The notes under the pieces were generated by a model, which made no database searches, was not told the origin of the DNA, and worked only from the letters and a program-made list of their open reading frames with translations. This document shows positions 60,966 through 64,000 of a stretch of DNA of 64,000 nt, piece by piece. Made by a program: the position numbers and the translations under genes. The DNA comes from Nitrospira japonica (GTDB lineage: Bacteria > Nitrospirota > Thermodesulfovibrionia > Thermodesulfovibrionales > SM23-35): positions 1 to 64,000 of the forward strand of contig DYFC01000060.1 in NCBI GenBank assembly GCA_020725385.1. The letters run 5' to 3'. How positions within the stretch are numbered: the first letter of the stretch is position 1; every line of letters begins with the position of its first letter.

Positions 60966-61916
60966 TCAAAGAGAAAATAACCTCATAAGCATTGCTGCCA
61001 CCGATGTAACGAAGGCGCTACCCAGAAATTCGGTAATGCGAAACAAACGAAGTTTGGCCAGCGATGATTCGATGATAACGAGCACCAGAATAAAAATAAA
61101 TATTTTGAAAAGGACAAGTGGAACAGCTAATAGCACATTACCAAACGTCTGTTTGTAGGCAAGCCCCCATGGTGTGACGAGAACGTTGAGAAAAATACAT
61201 AGCAGCACAAACAACTTCATATAACCACCCCATTTTATCAGGGCTGCACCTTTGCCCGAGTATTCCAGCATTTTAGACTCGTCGATCATAGCTAATTCAA
61301 AGTGTCCGGAAGGATTGTCAACCGGAATACGCCCGGTCTCTGCGAGGATTAGCATGAAGAAAGCAGCCATCAGGAGCACATGTGATGGTTCCAGAAAATT
61401 TGATGGTGGCGACATCCAGCGTTTTTGTACAATATAGGGGATGGTAGAATCAGCAACAAAAGCAACCGTGAAGAATACAATAATAAACACAGGTTCTGCC
61501 AGGAAACCAACCATACGTGTCCGGCTTGCACCCATAGGGCCATAAGGGTTAGCAGTGTCAACTGCAGCTAGTGTTTTAAAAAATCCACCGAGTGCCAGCA
61601 CAAAGCCGCCACCCACCATATCAGCCATAAACGCAAAAAAGAGTGGATAATCTGTGAGAACCGGGATGAGTAGTGTGACAAAAATAGGAGTGATAAATGC
61701 AATATACGGTGTAGCACGGAAAATCCAGGAACTTTCCTCAGAGATTACCTCATCTTTTTGGAAGAATTTCCACAGATCGCGATAAGGCTGGAAAATACTG
61801 GGACCACGCTTTGATTGTACAATTTCCTTTAGGCGATTTATCACGCCTGCAACAAGCGGCGAGAAAACAAGTACTACCAGTACTTGTAAGAGGTTGAAAA
61901 AAATGCGCTCAATCAC
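60966..61916 (-). CDS. HyfC/HycD (NuoH-like) membrane subunit
   Basis: QSKRGPSIFQPYRDL.K...K, GASR, AETGRIPVDNP..HFELAMI, EYSG, AKLRLFR. Confidence 0.92.
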   Translation of the reverse strand: MIERIFFNLLQVLVVLVFSPLVAGVINRLKEIVQSKRGPSIFQPYRDLWKFFQKDEVISEESSWIFRATPYIAFITPIFVTLLIPVLTDYPLFFAFMADMVGGGFVLALGGFFKTLAAVDTANPYGPMGASRTRMVGFLAEPVFIIVFFTVAFVADSTIPYIVQKRWMSPPSNFLEPSHVLLMAAFFMLILAETGRIPVDNPSGHFELAMIDESKMLEYSGKGAALIKWGGYMKLFVLLCIFLNVLVTPWGLAYKQTFGNVLLAVPLVLFKIFIFILVLVIIESSLAKLRLFRITEFLGSAFVTSVAAMLMRLFSL

Positions 61917-62060
61917 GGACCGACTTCTCTGACCGTTACTTTGCCAGACGGTCTTTTATACTGAGCGTTATAGGCAGCCACCAATGAGCGTTCCATAACC
62001 TTCCCAAGTTTGTTTCTGATGGGATCGTCGGGCTTACCGACTCCCGCATTTTCTCAAACT

Positions 62061-62113
62061 ATAGGAGTTATCAGCCCCAGGAGGGCGGCGCTTCAAGGCG
62101 AACTCCATCGCCT
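62061..62113 (-). ncRNA. Fluoride riboswitch (crcB motif)
   Basis: Minus strand AGGCGATGGAGTTCGCC-TTGAAGCGCC-GCCCTCCTGGGGC-TGATAACTCCTAT: P1, P2 and pseudoknot GGAGTT/AACTCC match the consensus. Confidence 0.92.
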
Positions 62114-62125
62114 ACGATAAAAAGA

Positions 62126-62154
62126 ATACTACCACAATTTTGATCAATGTGCAA
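62126..62154 (-). promoter_or_regulatory. Sigma70 promoter feeding the fluoride riboswitch
   Basis: TTGCAC-N17-TAGTAT, about 12 nt upstream of the aptamer. Confidence 0.65.
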
Positions 62155-62171
62155 GTTTTTTTTAAACCGGT

Positions 62172-62594
62172 TTACTTTACTACAATTACCGAGCATGGAG
62201 CGAGCTTCGTAATGTTCTGTGATGTCGAGCCCCACACCCTTCCAAATATCTTAGAATGCCCCATGAATCCGATTACAAGAAGGTCGAAATTACCTTCTTT
62301 TGCATATTGTACTATTGTTTCAACTTCATGGCCTGCCAGAATCTTTGTGTGAAGTTCAATACCCTCTTTTGTTGCTTCTTCGATTGCTTCCTCATTGAGT
62401 TTCTTAAAGAACCCGTTTGCCTCTTCTTTGTATTCAACTACTTCGCCTATAGTTGCTGCATAATGTGGAATTTTTTCTTCCACTGAGAGGCTGTAAAGTT
62501 TTGCATCATATTGCTTTGCAAGATCTATTGCAACTTTCAGTGCATGTTTAGATCCTTCTGAGCCATCGTATGCAATCAATATCTTTTTATACAT
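62172..62594 (-). CDS. Universal stress protein
   Basis: MYKKILIAYDGS, DLLVIG..GHS...WGSTS..APCSVIVVK; AGGAGG RBS before ATG 62594. Confidence 0.93.
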   Translation of the reverse strand: MYKKILIAYDGSEGSKHALKVAIDLAKQYDAKLYSLSVEEKIPHYAATIGEVVEYKEEANGFFKKLNEEAIEEATKEGIELHTKILAGHEVETIVQYAKEGNFDLLVIGFMGHSKIFGRVWGSTSQNITKLAPCSVIVVK

Positions 62595-62803
62595 CAATCC
62601 CCTCCTGTCCCTATTGATGTTTTTGAAATTTGGCCTTATCGATACCTCCGTCAAAAGGTCAGATAAAACCGCACATTCCCCCATAAAAATCATGCCAAGA
62701 AATCAAAATTTTCATTGTAAAAAATCCTTTTTTATAGTCTCTCTTGCCTTTTTTCTGACAATGCCTTCTTCTGAATCGGGCAAGTCTATTGTAATTAATT
62801 ACA

Positions 62804-63196
62804 TTAATGGGTTTTCCCTTGCTTTAATGTAATCAGAAAAATGCCACCGATCAGAGTCAGGAAACCCGCGTATAAAAATCCTGCAGCTGGTGAAACCTTT
62901 GTCCACAAAATACCGACTACAAAGCTCGATATAAAATCTCCAACTCCGTTAACCATTGATAGTGCTCCATAGCCGGTGCCTCTCAAATTTTCTGGCAAGA
63001 GGTCACCTGACAAAGCCCTTTCCATGGAATCAACGATTGCTATATAAATGCCAGCGAGAGAAAATAGTATGAACATAGCCCAAAGCTTGGGAGGTTCAAA
63101 AATAAAACCCAGACACATCAAAGAGAACCCATAATCACTTAATAGGCTTGTTAGACCTATTCCCAAAATGCTTTTAGTCAGCCATTTATTTTTCAC
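62804..63196 (-). pseudogene. Internally deleted MFS transporter
   Basis: Start of helix 1 (GIGLTSLLSD) joined in frame to the last four helices (ERAL..DLLP..LRGTGYG); only 130 aa. Confidence 0.7.
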
Positions 63197-63950
63197 AGGC
63201 TTTCTCCATTTTGAGATCAATATCAATCAATTTCAGGTTCACGCGACCTCCTGTAAGATATTTCGGCAAAACAGCTTTATTAGCAAATTTTTTTGTCAAT
63301 CCTGGATTACCGTTTGTGATGTCATATATATCCGGGAAGACCTCTTCTACTAAAGCGTTGGCTTCGCCTATGGTTTGCATGGTTAATAAGAATGAGTCGT
63401 ACTTTGATAGATTTTTTATCCGCACTTTTGGCAAAAGCCAGAGACAGTATTCAAGACATGCTGTAAAATTGTAATCAGACATCTCCCAGCTCTGCCGGCT
63501 TGCTGTAATTATGATTGCAAGGTCTTTTAAGGGTGTCAAAAATGCGTTAATTCTGGGAGTCACAGATTCAAGGTGGTCAAGTATTATACAGAATTTCTTA
63601 TGTCCGATATTATTAAATATCATATTTTTCATTTCCCTTGAATTTACCTCTTTTAGATCGCTTTGACGACAAATCTCTCTAATTCTTTTATATTTGTCTA
63701 TATTTGCAAGGGTTCTGGAACGTTGCAGCAGAACCTCGGCGATGGGCAGGAGGATTTCTTTAAGTGTCCTGCTTTCCCTGCAAAATACAGGTATTAATGA
63801 AGTATTCATATCCATCCAATTTTGATATATATGTTCAAGAATTGCAGTTTTACCGACTCCCTCTGGCCCGTAGATATGAAAGGATTTCATTTTGTTGATA
63901 TATGATTTAATTAGACTGATTTCATTATCTCTTCCAATAAGTTTACTCAT
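63186..63950 (-). CDS. P-loop (AAA/STAND-like) ATPase
   Basis: LIGRDNE, Walker A GPEGVGKT, Walker B-like IILDHLE, TNGNPG. Confidence 0.8.
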   Translation of the reverse strand: MSKLIGRDNEISLIKSYINKMKSFHIYGPEGVGKTAILEHIYQNWMDMNTSLIPVFCRESRTLKEILLPIAEVLLQRSRTLANIDKYKRIREICRQSDLKEVNSREMKNMIFNNIGHKKFCIILDHLESVTPRINAFLTPLKDLAIIITASRQSWEMSDYNFTACLEYCLWLLPKVRIKNLSKYDSFLLTMQTIGEANALVEEVFPDIYDITNGNPGLTKKFANKAVLPKYLTGGRVNLKLIDIDLKMEKACEK

Positions 63951-63967
63951 AAAGCAAATCTTTAAAT

Positions 63968-64000
63968 AAAAAACTCCTACCAATTTTATTAGTAGGAGTT
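63968..64000 (-). terminator. Leader terminator, probably the expression platform of a second fluoride riboswitch cut by the window edge
   Basis: Minus strand AACTCCTAC-loop-GTAGGAGTT-TTTT; AACTCCTAC is the typical 3' end of fluoride aptamers. Confidence 0.65.

Noticed and set aside
10757-61561. Numerous antisense or overlapping ORFs in the track (e.g. 10757-11179, 17963-18463, 38038-38559, 56771-57376)
   Set aside because: Shadow frames of well-supported genes, without motifs or RBS
54270-61916. Annotation as true hydrogenase-4 / formate hydrogenlyase
   Set aside because: Both Ni-binding CxxC motifs are absent; no formate dehydrogenase or maturation genes in the window
62595-62693. N-terminal extension of the USP in the track
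   Set aside because: Strong AGGAGG RBS and USP homology start at ATG 62594

Overview
AT-rich bacterial chromosome segment; gene content (RomR-like regulator next to valS, triheme cytochrome c7, class II RNR, polar flagellar and chemotaxis operon) suggests an anaerobic Nitrospirota/Thermodesulfovibrio-like or deltaproteobacterial organism (inference only). 0.2-21.8 kb is mostly housekeeping (nadC, valS, rsmI, nadE, argS, ilvE, pssA, leuA, nrdJ). 21.9-41.1 kb is a flagellar export/chemotaxis cluster (fliL-fliA, HEAT protein, cheR, two CheY-like proteins, cheA, a CheW-CheZ fusion, cheB, flhB-like, fliK-like). 41.2-44.9 kb holds a MITE-like repeat element and a B12 radical SAM gene coupled to a thioredoxin-fold gene that very likely encodes selenocysteine (in-frame UGA plus SECIS-like hairpin, missed by the ORF track). 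45-64 kb is a mosaic, partly GC-richer ion-stress island: three related MFS genes, a ChrB-like regulator with a duplicated operator, two USPs, a divergent PiT-family permease, MgtA with a PTS EIIA protein, and a six-gene nickel-less hydrogenase-related (Ehr-type) membrane complex directly downstream of a canonical fluoride riboswitch; a probable second fluoride riboswitch is cut by the window end. No rRNA, tRNA or CRISPR array was recognised.
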